DNA of 63,598 bases, counting the filler, from Vannella sp. (lineage: Eukaryota), in assembly GCA_023345925.1 (NCBI GenBank). It is 5 parts of 5 records of this genome, joined end to end, with 100 filler letters (N's around TTAATTAATTAA, not from the genome) between each part and the next. Parts side by side here need not be neighbours in the genome. Positions count along the whole stretch, not along the records: positions 20,254 to 39,338 come from JAJQQN010000152.1; 4 more parts are not named here. One strand, 5' to 3'. Of this stretch, positions 24,960 to 35,805 are shown piece after piece. Position 1 is the stretch's first letter. Every line of letters starts with the position of its first letter. Below the pieces are notes generated by a model. That model saw only the letters and a program-made list of their open reading frames with translations. It searched no databases and was not told the DNA's origin. The position numbers were made by a program, and so were the translations under genes.

Positions 24960-27012
24960 TTAAGAATCTGACGCCCTTTTGAACGCTGCGGATAGCAGCT
25001 CCATGATCTGAGCGTGGGAGTGTTCGGGGTTCTCGGACTTGATTTTGGAAAAGTTCTCTTTCACGTACTTGGCAAATGGATTCAGTGGTTTACTCAGTCG
25101 AGCAGGCTCCCGCCAGTCATAGGGTAGAACAACCGGGAACTTGCAGGAACGGCACACTCGGCGAGTGCTGCGGGAGTGACTAAAGTAACTGGCAAGTATT
25201 TGGTTAGAAAGAGCGAATGGTAGAAGTCGCTTACTCCTTGGCGCATGCCGGATTACTACAGAAATAAGGATACTCCCAGTCACAGAGCACTGTTCGCTCG
25301 ATGGGAGATACTTCAGGATGCTTCCGTTCAACTCTCTTAACTTCTCGCAGCCAAGCCTTCCCATGTCCATGACCTCCGTAGAACAACCAAACAGCTGCAT
25401 GGCACATTTCATGCAAGAGCACACGCTTCAAAATCGACTCTGAGCTGTTATGCTTTGGGTGCAATCCGATCATGACGACTGTCCGGACAGAGATTCCATT
25501 GCAAGTGCGTTTCTGGTAACTGCAGAGTCCCGCTTTCCCAGGATACTTATCCCACTCGATATTGATATCAGGCAGCTTGCCATCCCAAACCGATTGGTTG
25601 TACGAGGCAAAGAAGTCTTTGGCAAGATTCTCGCGCGTTTTGACAAAATCAGGATCAGGAGTTTTGCATTCTTTCTCGTATGCATCAATCCGCTTCTCGT
25701 TGGCTTGTCTCCAAGCGCTTTGGTGAGCTGAGGAGTCTGCCATACAAGTGAGATTCCACTTGGCAGATCGATCGTGACTGGAACCGGGGTGGAGCTGTAA
25801 GGAGAGTTGTTCCATCGCCCCAGCTAGCTGCCCTAACTGAGCTTGACTATCAGAGAGGGGTTCTAGATTGTCAAAGATCGGCTGAGGGTCGTCACTGACA
25901 ACTGGGGGATGTTCCCAGACACCGTTAGTGTCTTCGCTGTCACTTGAATAGATCGGGATCGATTCTTCTTCCTTCTCATCCCTCTCCAAAGCTCCATAGA
26001 GCATTCTATCCAGCTGATCTTCTATTGCACCCCTGCTTTGGAGTTGAACGACTTCCAGGTCGGAAAGTGAATTATTGATATTCGCGTTGGTAGGGCCCTC
26101 GAGGTCAATGAACTCTTCAGAGCTATCTAAATGGACCATTAAAGTTGGTTCGTCGTCAATGAACCCTTCAAGGTCACTATCAGAGTCGAAAAGCTCGATG
26201 TGATGATATGCCTGATGGATCCAAGAAGGGTGCTTCTTTCGCAGACCAGAAGGAGCGGATTTCTCGATACCACACACTTCTCTTATAGCTTTTCTCTCCT
26301 CGAAACGCTTCTTCCTGCGCCCACTCTCCAGATTGATGGACTCAATAGCTTTGGTTTTACAAGTCCGAGCTCCACTGGGCACATGCGCTGGTTGTGGAGG
26401 AATGTGGATATCAATGGGTGTCGGGAGGTGCAATTCATGCTCGTTAGAGCTCCCTTCCTCAATCTGTGTGTGTCCTCCTCGAAGGAGACGGTGCCGGAGA
26501 GTTTGTTTCCCTGTCAGGAGTATCTCAAAGCTCTCTGAAGAGCTCTCTTGCTCTTCTTCATTTGTATTCAGAGGCTCCTCTTCCACAGATAGCGCCTCCT
26601 CCTCTTGAGGACTCCAATCCGGGTCTGGGGGAGAGTTATCCATGGGGCTAGCAGCTTGCTGAGGCGTGTTAAGGACACTGAAAGGATCTGAAAGAGGCTT
26701 TTCGGGCTGTTGTGAGAGAAGGAAGCTAAGAACAGCCTGGAACTCCCCCGGGAACTGGGAAAACTTCAACCTCTCTTCCGAAGAAAGATCCCCCGCTTCC
26801 TTGGCCGCACCAGTGTGGGGAATTGCTTTGCCACAGTGCCTATGACGACAACTCCCATGCACGACAGAAGCTTCAGGAGCAGAGACGAGCGCATTCTCCT
26901 TCTCCGTGTTGGTCTCTGGCGCCGTCCTCTTCTTCGCGATCGGGCGGAACTGGAAGACGCTCTTTCGAGGGGCTCCTTGTCCCAGTGTAATTTGGGTTCG
27001 TTGACCTTTCAT
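24960..27012 (-). CDS. GCNA: GCNA/ACRC-like SprT metalloprotease with zinc ribbon and HMG box
   Basis: Long acidic disordered N-terminus, LLHEMCHAAVW (HExxH), HGKAW, YFCSNPAC / HSRSTRRVCRSCK, LNPFAKYVKENFSKIK...IMELLSAAFK. First in-frame ATG is 27012. Confidence 0.85.
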
Positions 27013-27060
27013 AAGAATGATCAAACCTGCTTCCTCTTCAGAGACTTTCCGGCAAACGGC

Positions 27061-27070
27061 TTTTCCCGCC
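27061..27070 (-). promoter_or_regulatory. E2F-like site upstream of GCNA
   Basis: TTTTCCCGCC on + (GGCGGGAAAA on -), about 50 nt upstream of ATG 27012. Confidence 0.55.
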
Positions 27071-27185
27071 CTTTTCGTCTCCCACCTGAGGTAACCACTT
27101 CTTGTTCGCTTGGTCAACTAGCTTCTATCTCTCCTTTTGCAATCTGTTTCTTGAAGGAAAGACCTTCCTCACGAAAGATGAGTTG

Positions 27186-27207
27186 TTTAGGGTTTAGGGT
27201 TTAAGGG
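27186..27207. repeat. Interstitial telomere-like repeat (telo-box)
   Basis: TTTAGGG TTTAGGG TTTAAGGG. Confidence 0.55.
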
Positions 27208-27231
27208 TCGAAGATCTCTCAGTAGAAGACT

Positions 27232-29340
27232 TTAGTCCAGAAGGAAACGCTTCAGGAAGAGAGCCATGGTGTAGGAGTGTTTCTTGACAACTTCCTGATT
27301 GTGGAAGACGTGTCCTTCTGTTTGAGCGACAAATGTCCAAACGTCACATTGGGACTCTTCAGCGCAGGAGCCACTGTCTCGCTGTTGTGTGAGCTTTTCA
27401 GCTATTTGCTCAAACTCTGAGAAAGGCACACGCGAGTCTTGCTTCCCATGAGAGAGCAAGATGGGCTGAGTGAGGGACTCAAGAGAATACAACGGAGAGA
27501 TCTCCCTCAAGAAGGCCTGATTCTCTTCCTTTCTCTCATCTCCATACTCCAACCGGCGCAAATCAGCTCGATAGGCGGCTGTTCTTGCCATAAAGTTGGG
27601 GAAAGAGCTGATTCCGCAGGTTTCCATTCCACAGCGGATCTTCTCAGGGAAAGCAATGAGCGACGCCAACGTCAAGAAGCCTCCGTAAGAGCGTCCCATA
27701 ACAGCAACACGAGTTTCATCGAGCTCTGGTTGCTCAGCAATCCAGCGAAGAACGCTTCCCACATCCTTGACACTGTTAACCCTCTGGGCTCCATCATCTG
27801 CTAACACATAGTTGCGACCGTATCCTGTGGATCCTCGAACGTTCGGAGCCAAAACGGCAATTCCCAACTGACAACAGAGTTGGAAGCTCAGCGCATGATT
27901 GCGAGGAGTAAAGCCTGGTGCGAACTGTTTTGCTGGGCCTCCATGCAAGTAAATCACGACAGGGATCTTCTGTGATGGCTCTATCGCCTGAGAGGGTCGA
28001 TAGTAGAAGATGGGAACCCGGAATTGGCCATCATGAGTGGCGGCGTGATGGAGGGTTGGACTCACTAATTCTACTTCTGGATCATCCAGTTGTGCAAAAG
28101 TCCATTGTTTAAGCTGAGAATGCTGGATGTTAAAGCTGTAGATGTTAGTAGGATGAGTGGGAGACTCAAAGTTAAAGGCAATGTCGGTTCCTTTCTCGTT
28201 GAAAGTGAGATGAGACAGGAGCCCTGGACCAAGTAGAGGTACCTCAGTGTAGTGGAAGATGTTTCCATCTTTTTGTAACAGGTAAAGTTTGCTAGTCCCC
28301 TCCTCATTGGTAACAAAAGTGACTTTTCCATCCTCAGAAACACGGAGTTCCACAACGTCTCCTTGAATAGCCCCCTCCCCTCTCACAGAGCTGCGCTCAA
28401 TACCTGGAGTGGTGATAGGCGTGTCTTCTCCAGAGGAAAGGTCAAAGTAACGAAGGGACAAGAAATCTCCTTCCAAGTCACAAGTGTAATACACTCCTTT
28501 CCCATCAGCTGCGAAAGCAGCTGTTCCGACTGCAAAGGTACCGGGCTCTGCAGGAGTTCCAACGGGCAAAAGGGTGAGCTCTGGCGCTCCAATTTCCAAG
28601 AGGAAGAGGCGGCTGTCGACCACCAACCGGTAGAACTGTACTAAGAGGTAGACACCATCCTTTGAGAAGCTGATTGGATTCCATAGACCAGCAGCAAACT
28701 CTGGCGTAGTAGGAGCCTCAAGTATAGTGCGTACAAGAGACGGATGAGCCACAGAAGCCAAGACAATGTCGTATTCCCGTCCATTGCGGCGTGTTGTATG
28801 GTACGCGAAGTTCTCACCCGTTGAGTCGAATACAGGGGGTCCATTACGTCCGTTTCCATCGGTAAGAAGCTCCAATCCCCCGGGAAAACTTGGGTCCACG
28901 CGAGCGAGCTGGAAGCGCTCTTTTCCGTCCGTATCGAGTTGTAGATAGAGCGTAGAGGCACCTGGAGCCTTAACTAATGCTTCGATAGAGTATGGGAAGT
29001 CTGTGAGGGCTGTCATAAGGCCACCAGGTCCAGATAACGACTGGACCTGAAGCTTGGGAGAACCAGCCAACACAAAGAGCTCTGCCCCATTCCAGCCCTG
29101 AAGAATGGGGCGAAGAGTAGTTTGGTACCTTTGGCGAGCTGTAACAAGCCACTCTGGGACTGGAGGAATGTTTCTACTGACAAGCACTAAAGGTTCGCTG
29201 TCTCCGTCCTTCTCCCCTCCGCACGCCTCCTCCACGCACAGCACAGAGCCATTCTCATCCATTATGGGGCTCATATCACTTCTGATGCTCAAACAGAAGA
29301 GTGCAAGAGTGCACAAGGTGAGGAGCCAGCCCTGCATCAC
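27232..29340 (-). CDS. Secreted S9-family serine peptidase (prolyl oligopeptidase/acylaminoacyl-peptidase type)
   Basis: Signal peptide, propeller-like region, LHGGP, PNVRGSTGYG, nucleophile GRSYGG, QDSRVP (Asp), EGHVF (His); intronless. Confidence 0.92.
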   Translation of the reverse strand: MMQGWLLTLCTLALFCLSIRSDMSPIMDENGSVLCVEEACGGEKDGDSEPLVLVSRNIPPVPEWLVTARQRYQTTLRPILQGWNGAELFVLAGSPKLQVQSLSGPGGLMTALTDFPYSIEALVKAPGASTLYLQLDTDGKERFQLARVDPSFPGGLELLTDGNGRNGPPVFDSTGENFAYHTTRRNGREYDIVLASVAHPSLVRTILEAPTTPEFAAGLWNPISFSKDGVYLLVQFYRLVVDSRLFLLEIGAPELTLLPVGTPAEPGTFAVGTAAFAADGKGVYYTCDLEGDFLSLRYFDLSSGEDTPITTPGIERSSVRGEGAIQGDVVELRVSEDGKVTFVTNEEGTSKLYLLQKDGNIFHYTEVPLLGPGLLSHLTFNEKGTDIAFNFESPTHPTNIYSFNIQHSQLKQWTFAQLDDPEVELVSPTLHHAATHDGQFRVPIFYYRPSQAIEPSQKIPVVIYLHGGPAKQFAPGFTPRNHALSFQLCCQLGIAVLAPNVRGSTGYGRNYVLADDGAQRVNSVKDVGSVLRWIAEQPELDETRVAVMGRSYGGFLTLASLIAFPEKIRCGMETCGISSFPNFMARTAAYRADLRRLEYGDERKEENQAFLREISPLYSLESLTQPILLSHGKQDSRVPFSEFEQIAEKLTQQRDSGSCAEESQCDVWTFVAQTEGHVFHNQEVVKKHSYTMALFLKRFLLD

Positions 29341-29450
29341 CCACTAGTCCAAAAATGATTCAAACGGACCCCCTTTGCAGCAGGTCGGCGGGTGGACATC
29401 TCCTTGGAGGCGTCCCTTTGAAGTGGGTTCATCGTTTATCGGTTTGTACT

Positions 29451-29885
29451 CTAATAGGGAGAACCTTGGGCCCGCTGGACGGCGCTGAGGAGAGAATCGG
29501 CCCCACAGGCAACAGTAGAGAGGAATTCGCGCTCGCAAGCCTCCAGATTCCTTTCACCGTTTCGTTCAACACACGATTGCAATGATTGCATCTGTCGTGG
29601 GCAAGCTTCACCTGAGATGCTAAGAAGCTGCCCGAACACCTCCTCCTCGTTGACGGACTGCATACAGCGACCAAGGGACTCCACAGAAGAGCCGCATACG
29701 GTTTGAAGGCGATTCTCATCGGTGGGATCGATTCTGTTCTGATCTGCACAATTCTGCAAAGCCATCACTTGTCTCTCGCATGAAGCCATCGCTAAAAGCC
29801 CCACAGCCTGATTGATCTTCTCCTGTTCGTTTCCAGCGGAGAAGTTGGGTGCAGGCGCAGTCTCCTTCTGTCCATAGCCGAACAT
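29451..29885 (-). CDS. Double twin-CX9C (CHCH) protein, Mix14/CHCHD5-like
   Basis: Four CX9C motifs: CERQVMALQNC, CGSSVESLGRC, CPRQMQSLQSC, CEREFLSTVAC. Confidence 0.75.
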   Translation of the reverse strand: MFGYGQKETAPAPNFSAGNEQEKINQAVGLLAMASCERQVMALQNCADQNRIDPTDENRLQTVCGSSVESLGRCMQSVNEEEVFGQLLSISGEACPRQMQSLQSCVERNGERNLEACEREFLSTVACGADSLLSAVQRAQGSPY

Positions 29886-30011
29886 GATAACTTGCAGGTC
29901 CAGAAAACAATGATTTCCCGGAACTCAGGAAAAATCAGAAAAAACGGGAAATCCAATTGAATTGTGCCATGCATTAATGATTGTTTATCAGTTTATTTGG
30001 TTTTGTCAATA

Positions 30012-32546
30012 ATGGGGTGGTGTTGGGTGTTGGTGCTCGTTCTTGGGAGTGTTTTGGCGCATCAAGAGCACACAAAGAAGGATTCCGTGTTCTCTTCGGT
30101 AGGGAGGTGCTGGTGGAGAGGGGAAACTGACTGGCTGAGGACAGAGGCAGTCGATCCTGATCCCTGGTGTCATCTTTGTGGGCACAGTGGGATTGGATGG
30201 TGATGGAGGGCATCAATACACTCTCAGACACGCCGAGTATCAACAATACCTCGATTCTCTTTACCAGTTCATCGTGGTACGTTCTCCAGACCCTTCTGCA
30301 CTTCCTCCTCTCACCCTTTCCTGTCCCCAGCCAACGATCGCCTCCGGATCAGACGAAGGGTTCGTCAAGTTTGTAACTCGCTATCGCCTGGACCCCTTTC
30401 CTCTCGTCAGCGAGCTGGAGCTCCTCTTGACCAAGCATATCGTCGCCCAGCTGATTGCTGGGGCAGTGGAAGGCAGTGTAGTTGCTATTGACGTCTCCGA
30501 AGAGGTTAAGGGAGAGTTTAGTACCTTCTACCTCTCCCTCTTTGCGTCTCAGACAGGATGGGATATCAATCGGTACTCTGTGCTCGTCCTCAATCCATCC
30601 TTTGCTCGGGTCCAGTCCCAGGTGGCTCAATCAGACCAACTGGATGAATCACAGAAGCTAGTAGCTCAGTCTCTGATCGGCTACGTTTGGCGATTCAACG
30701 GAATCAAGACGAGCTCGTGGGTTTCCTCCGAGAACTTTGCAGTGATCGATGTGGTTGCCAAGTCAGTCTTTGTAGGGCCCCCAAAGTCCCCCAATGGGAT
30801 CAGAACTCCAGAAAGTATCCCCAACCTGTCCAAGTATGCCTCTCCTCTCACCAAAGTCCAAGTATTGACTTTTGGGAAGATACTTTGGGCCCGAGCTGCA
30901 AATACCAAAGGCTTTGCCTCAAAGGCGGCGGGATAGAGAAGAGACCCGTAACGTGATGTTTGAGGCATCTTTAGGATGCAGTCTGCACTCCCTGGCATCT
31001 CACGTCTTCTTCTCGGATGTGGAATCTTCTCTTGCGGACGAGCACTGGAGCCAGATCTTCATCCCAATCATGGTTTTTAAGAACCATGGGGATCCTGTAC
31101 CACTAGAAGAAGTCCTAATTGAGCAGGAGCTTCGTCATATCTTCCACCAAGGGATAACCTTAAGCGTCAAATTGTAAGTCATTCATACACTCCGTCGAAC
31201 ACGTCTCACTCTCAACCCAGCGGCTCTCACTCCCTTCATGACCATAAGCACGTATCAATGGCAGTCTCTAAGTCACTACGGAGCCGTTTGACACAAGAAT
31301 TGAATGACACTGGGTAAGTCAGAATTCCTCGCAAAGGGAGATAACTTACCTTGTCACGAGTCTCTATTATTCACGCAGTACTGCTTACTTGGATAGCAAA
31401 GTACTGGCGCTTGAACTAAGACGCGCAGCGGATGCTTTGGGAAGTGTACTTCTCGATAAGAGTGTTCAAGGTGCTGGCAATCGCAAAGTTCTTCCTGTCT
31501 ATATCTTCTCGCTTCATGGCCTTGACTCTGATCTTCTTTTTGAAGACGGTGGGCTGGTATCTATGTATGCACCATTCTTTTCTGAGGGTTTCTTCCACTC
31601 ATCTTCAAGTCAGCGACTCAGACATGGTCTTGGTACTTTCTACTGAACAAGAGGCAATCCCTTCTCTGTATGTCGTTGAGAACAAACGGTTCAGTTTGAA
31701 CGCAACCAATCCGAATCGCCATATTGTGGCGGGAGTCTCTCTGAGTCAGGGCCTTTCCCTCCCATTTAGCAGATATTCTCCTCATCATGGCCATGATGAG
31801 TTTGATTATGCTTGGGCTATTGGAGATCATCCATTTGGGCCTTTTGGGGCATCAGAAAGATTACCTCCAATGATGATTAGCAACATTCGACGAAACGCTA
31901 TTCTCTCTCGAATCTATCACGGCGTCGAGCTTATGCGGAAAACGATGAGCAACATCGACCAGTTTGCTGAGGTAAGTAGAACTTCGGATGCAAGCCATGG
32001 GACTGAAAGTGTCTTAGCAATATATGCACGGACTACTTGATGACGGTTCGAGTACTGGCTCGTGGCTTGATGCCGCTTATCATGGAAGAAAGATTGAAGA
32101 GAACCCTCTCCTCTATACTGAAACAGTTGTGCGTCTCCATGATGAAGTATTGGCCCTTGGGGATCGCTTGGAAGGAATCGTCCAGCTTCTCATGAGAATG
32201 GAGTAAGTACTTTCCCTCTCAGGAAGCGAAAGCTCCTCTCTAACTTGCTATAAGAAACGAGAAGGCATTTGCACCTGCCCAGGCGTTCCAAAAGGGCGCA
32301 GAGCTGCTGAAAGTCTATGCGGAACAGGAAATCTCAAATGCTCGTCTTCGCTTGCGCTGTTGCCACATCCACCACAGCCCTCCTTCTTCCATTCTATTCT
32401 ATGCTACCGTGGCTTCTGGGTTAGCTATCTTTGCAGTCTCTCTGCCCCTTGTCATTCTCAGCCTCTATTGGATTCGAGCGCGCCAAGTCACTTCAACTCT
32501 TCCCCCCCGAACGAATGCCTTCCAAAACGGAGGGACTCTTGGCTAA
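30012..32546 (+). CDS. Multi-exon type I membrane protein resembling the uncharacterised Arabidopsis At5g58100/At3g28720 family
   Basis: Signal peptide WCWVLVLVLGSVLA, YLDSKVL, RKVLPVYIFSL, RHIVAGVS, DYAWAIGDHPFGPF, RRNAILSRI, C-terminal TM. The family resemblance is from memory. Confidence 0.6.
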
Positions 32547-32706
32547 CTTAAAACACAATCTTTTGATTGGATTCTCACAGAAGACGCTCACGGACCCACC
32601 AGGGGAGGAAAAGCGGGAACCAGACTTTAAGTGACATTTTTGTGAAGAGCGTTTAGTGAGGTTGGAAGGGCTCTTTAGGATCAATAGACTCCGGGAGAGG
32701 TCGCAC

Positions 32707-33761
32707 CTATTCAAAATCCTCCAATTCGTCCAAGTCAGGGTAAGCGGTGGTCCCCATTGTGGCCTCTGCCGCTTGCCGGCGTCGCCAGAGGACGATTAAG
32801 ACGACAACTACGAGTAACACGAAGAGAAGGACCACCCCAACGGCAAGGATGATAAAAATCCAGAAGAGATTGGAGCTGTCCCCCTCTGTCTTGCTCTTGT
32901 TAGCAGAAGAGAGTGCCACCATCGAGTCTGATCCACTGCTCAGGCTGCTCTTCCCAACAGCGGTCGGAGATGCCGCTGTTGAGTTGGCTTGCTTCCCATA
33001 GTCACCTTCCCAGGGAGTGCAAGGCGATGAGCCAACCTGTCCGGAATCCATTCCTCGGAAGCAGTTGTTGTCAGCAATCCGCACGGTGAACACCGGTTCT
33101 GTGGCATTTGTTTGTGAGTTTCTGTTCTCATAGTCAAGCTCAGCTTGCGGGATGCTGTTGCAAAGGCTCTGTCCGCTCGTGATGTTCAACCGAGCAAAAC
33201 GGGGAGCGATCTCGGGCAACTGCAGAGGAGACGGGGCAAGGTAAGCATCGGTTATGGTTCTCAAAAGGATGTTGCAGAGCATACCTTGTAGCAGTGACTG
33301 TACCAATCGTCACAGAAGGAACGGCAAAGAGTTATCGTGGGGTTGGGTTGTGTTGCCATGTCAACAAAGCTCTCCGGGTCGCATACGGAGCACAAGGCAC
33401 TGAAGTAGAACGTAAGGCTTCAAAGAAGCACTGAAGTGAGCGCACTGGGAACAAGAGGACGAGAAACAAACCATTCTTGGAGTTTGTAGTTGACAGAAGC
33501 GCCGTTGTCTGTGATGTTATTGTAGAGCTTCTCTTGGATGTCGGAGATCCCCTCTGCAAATCCGGAAACGGTCGTACAACAGGTCGACTCGGAGTACCAG
33601 CAGCAACTCTTCATACTCTCGTTCTACATGCCCTCATCAGCCTCTACCAGCTCCCCGCACCATTGTATGCTCACAGGCTCCGGCTCCCACGCCCCGTAGC
33701 ATGTATTCTGTCCCCAGCACACTGCCAACAGGCCCAGAACGAAGAAGAGCCTCCTGGACAT
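32707..33761 (-). CDS. Type I membrane protein with folate-receptor/Frizzled-like cysteine-rich domain
   Basis: Signal peptide MSRRLFFVLGLLAVCWG, SCCWYSESTCC, LCRSFCDDWYSHCYK (frame near 33295-33335), S/T-rich stalk, TM LFWIFIILAVGVVLLFVLLVVVVLIVLWRRR. Confidence 0.6.
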
Positions 33762-33891
33762 GTCCAACTTTGCCGTCGGTCAAACAATGATGCAAATGCT
33801 CTCGCTCGCTTACAAATTCATTATTTAGCGTCCTCCCTTCATGTTTGGTATTAAGGTCGGGCAGAGGAGCTTGAGAAGGGAAGAGGGGCTG

Positions 33892-35692
33892 ATGAGGTCC
33901 TTAGAAGGTAGAGGAGGGCATTACGATACCAGAGAACACTCTGCCTATTGATATTCAACATCATAAGCTTCTGGGTAGGTCCTTGGGGGCTGATTGAAGC
34001 GTGTGGGGCTGATAGGAGGGGAAGAATGGCTTGTAGACCGCAAGCAGGTGGACAGCAACTGGAGCGCAGAGTTGGATAAGCTTGATAAAGAGATCTCCTA
34101 TGCTCTTGACCTCTTACCAGCAGAGCAGAAGGCCTCTGTATCAGCAGATGATCGTAAATGATCCCTTTCTCACTCCTCCTCTCTGAGACACTAACAGGGC
34201 GACGCAGTTTGGCTCAAACCTATCGAATCCATCGTCAAGGAAGTCGAGAAGCGAGAGACAGGCTGGATTACAGGCAGCGCGGAAGGACGGGCCTGGCGCA
34301 GAGTCTCCAAGCATCTCAAAACCAGGAACTTACACATGGCGCACACGGCTAGGATCCTACTCTCTCTTGTTAACTACGAGATGTGAGCGTACGCTAACTC
34401 AAATGGGCCTTCAGCTGACCCCTGTGCAGCCCTTCCCTGAATAAGCAGATCGAGAAGGTCAATAAGCAGAAGATGGAGTACATGCGCAAGCGGGACGAGT
34501 ACCAGAGGATCAACAGTGAGGAAACTGAAGCCTTTCGGTTGGATTGTCTGCGATACGGCATCGCCCATCCCGTTAGTTTTCGATCGAGGAGGTTTCCGCT
34601 AGCTGACACCTTCCTTAGGATGCTGACTTTCACTCTGAGCTATCAAAGTTAGTGACCAAGCTACCTTTGCTCTTTGGGGAGATTGGGGAGCTCGCCAAGT
34701 CCCCACAGATTGGGTTAGCAGTGGAACTTTACCAGATCTTCTCTTCCTTCCTTCTGGGACCCACTTCAGAGACTCTTGACTTGCTGAGCATGATTCCCGT
34801 CCTCTCTTATGTCCATCAATATGGGAATGAGCCACTTTTAACCATGCGACAGCGTCAGGCTGGGGAAGACGTGGATGAGAGAGAAGGATTCTACCTTGTT
34901 GAAGAGGACCCAATGGTCGAAGAGTCAACTCCAAACGCTGTCGTCATCGACTGGGGGGAAGACGAGGGCGAAGAAGGGGCGGTCCCCATTGACATTCAGT
35001 GGGACATTGAAGTGGAACAACCCGAAGAAGGGCAGAAAGACTCCATTGACTGGGATATTGAAGTGGAAGACCCTTCCAATGAGTTAGAGATCGCGTGGGA
35101 CATTGATGTCGAAGATGTCGGCTTGGAAGTGGAAGACTCCCTTCTGGAACACTCTTTACCCCCAGAAGAAGACCAATCTACCTCTCTCATGGAACACGAC
35201 ACAACCAGAAACTACCTTTTAGATGACTTGTACGAGCTTCAGGCGTTCCTCCAACAAAGGCTCATCGAAATTCAAGTTCGAGACAACCTAACTCAATCCA
35301 GCCTTCTCCAAAGTGCCCCTGAAAAGGTGTCTTCCCAAACACTCTCATCCTTATCAAGTATGAAAGGGGAAGTTGACAAAGTTCTGAAAGCGTTGACGAC
35401 TTCCGAACTTCGCATGATTCTCGACATCAAAGCGTCGACTCGCTACACAGAGAGGCTTGTCAGCTCTCTCAAACGCCGGAAAGACACGATTGCGCGGATG
35501 GAGACGCTCTCCCAGGAGGTTGACGCCAAGCAAGAGGAAGCTTTAGAGAATCTTGTCCGCCTTCAGCTCAAGAAGGCGTCGCTCATCAAAGATGCCACTT
35601 TCATGCGAGCTTCTCTTCAGCACCAACTTTCCACCGCTTTCTCACGCCCTGTGAACATTGTGGGGCAGATCCACTCCATTCTCTCCCTTTAA
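33892..35692 (+). CDS. CDK5RAP3: CDK5RAP3/C53 (UFMylation and ER-phagy adaptor)
   Basis: LPIDIQHHKLL / EWLVDRKQV, acidic linker with IDWG and IDWD, TRNYLLDDLYELQAFLQQRL, RPVNIVGQI at C-terminus; multi-exon. Confidence 0.92.
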
Positions 35693-35805
35693 AGTCTCCT
35701 TTGGTCCTCTTTTGATGCCCACCACAGAGTTTATTCGACCAGATAAAGGGAATGATGAGGGAAGGGAAGGGGAAGGGAGAGAAGGGAATAGAATACAAGA
35801 AGACA

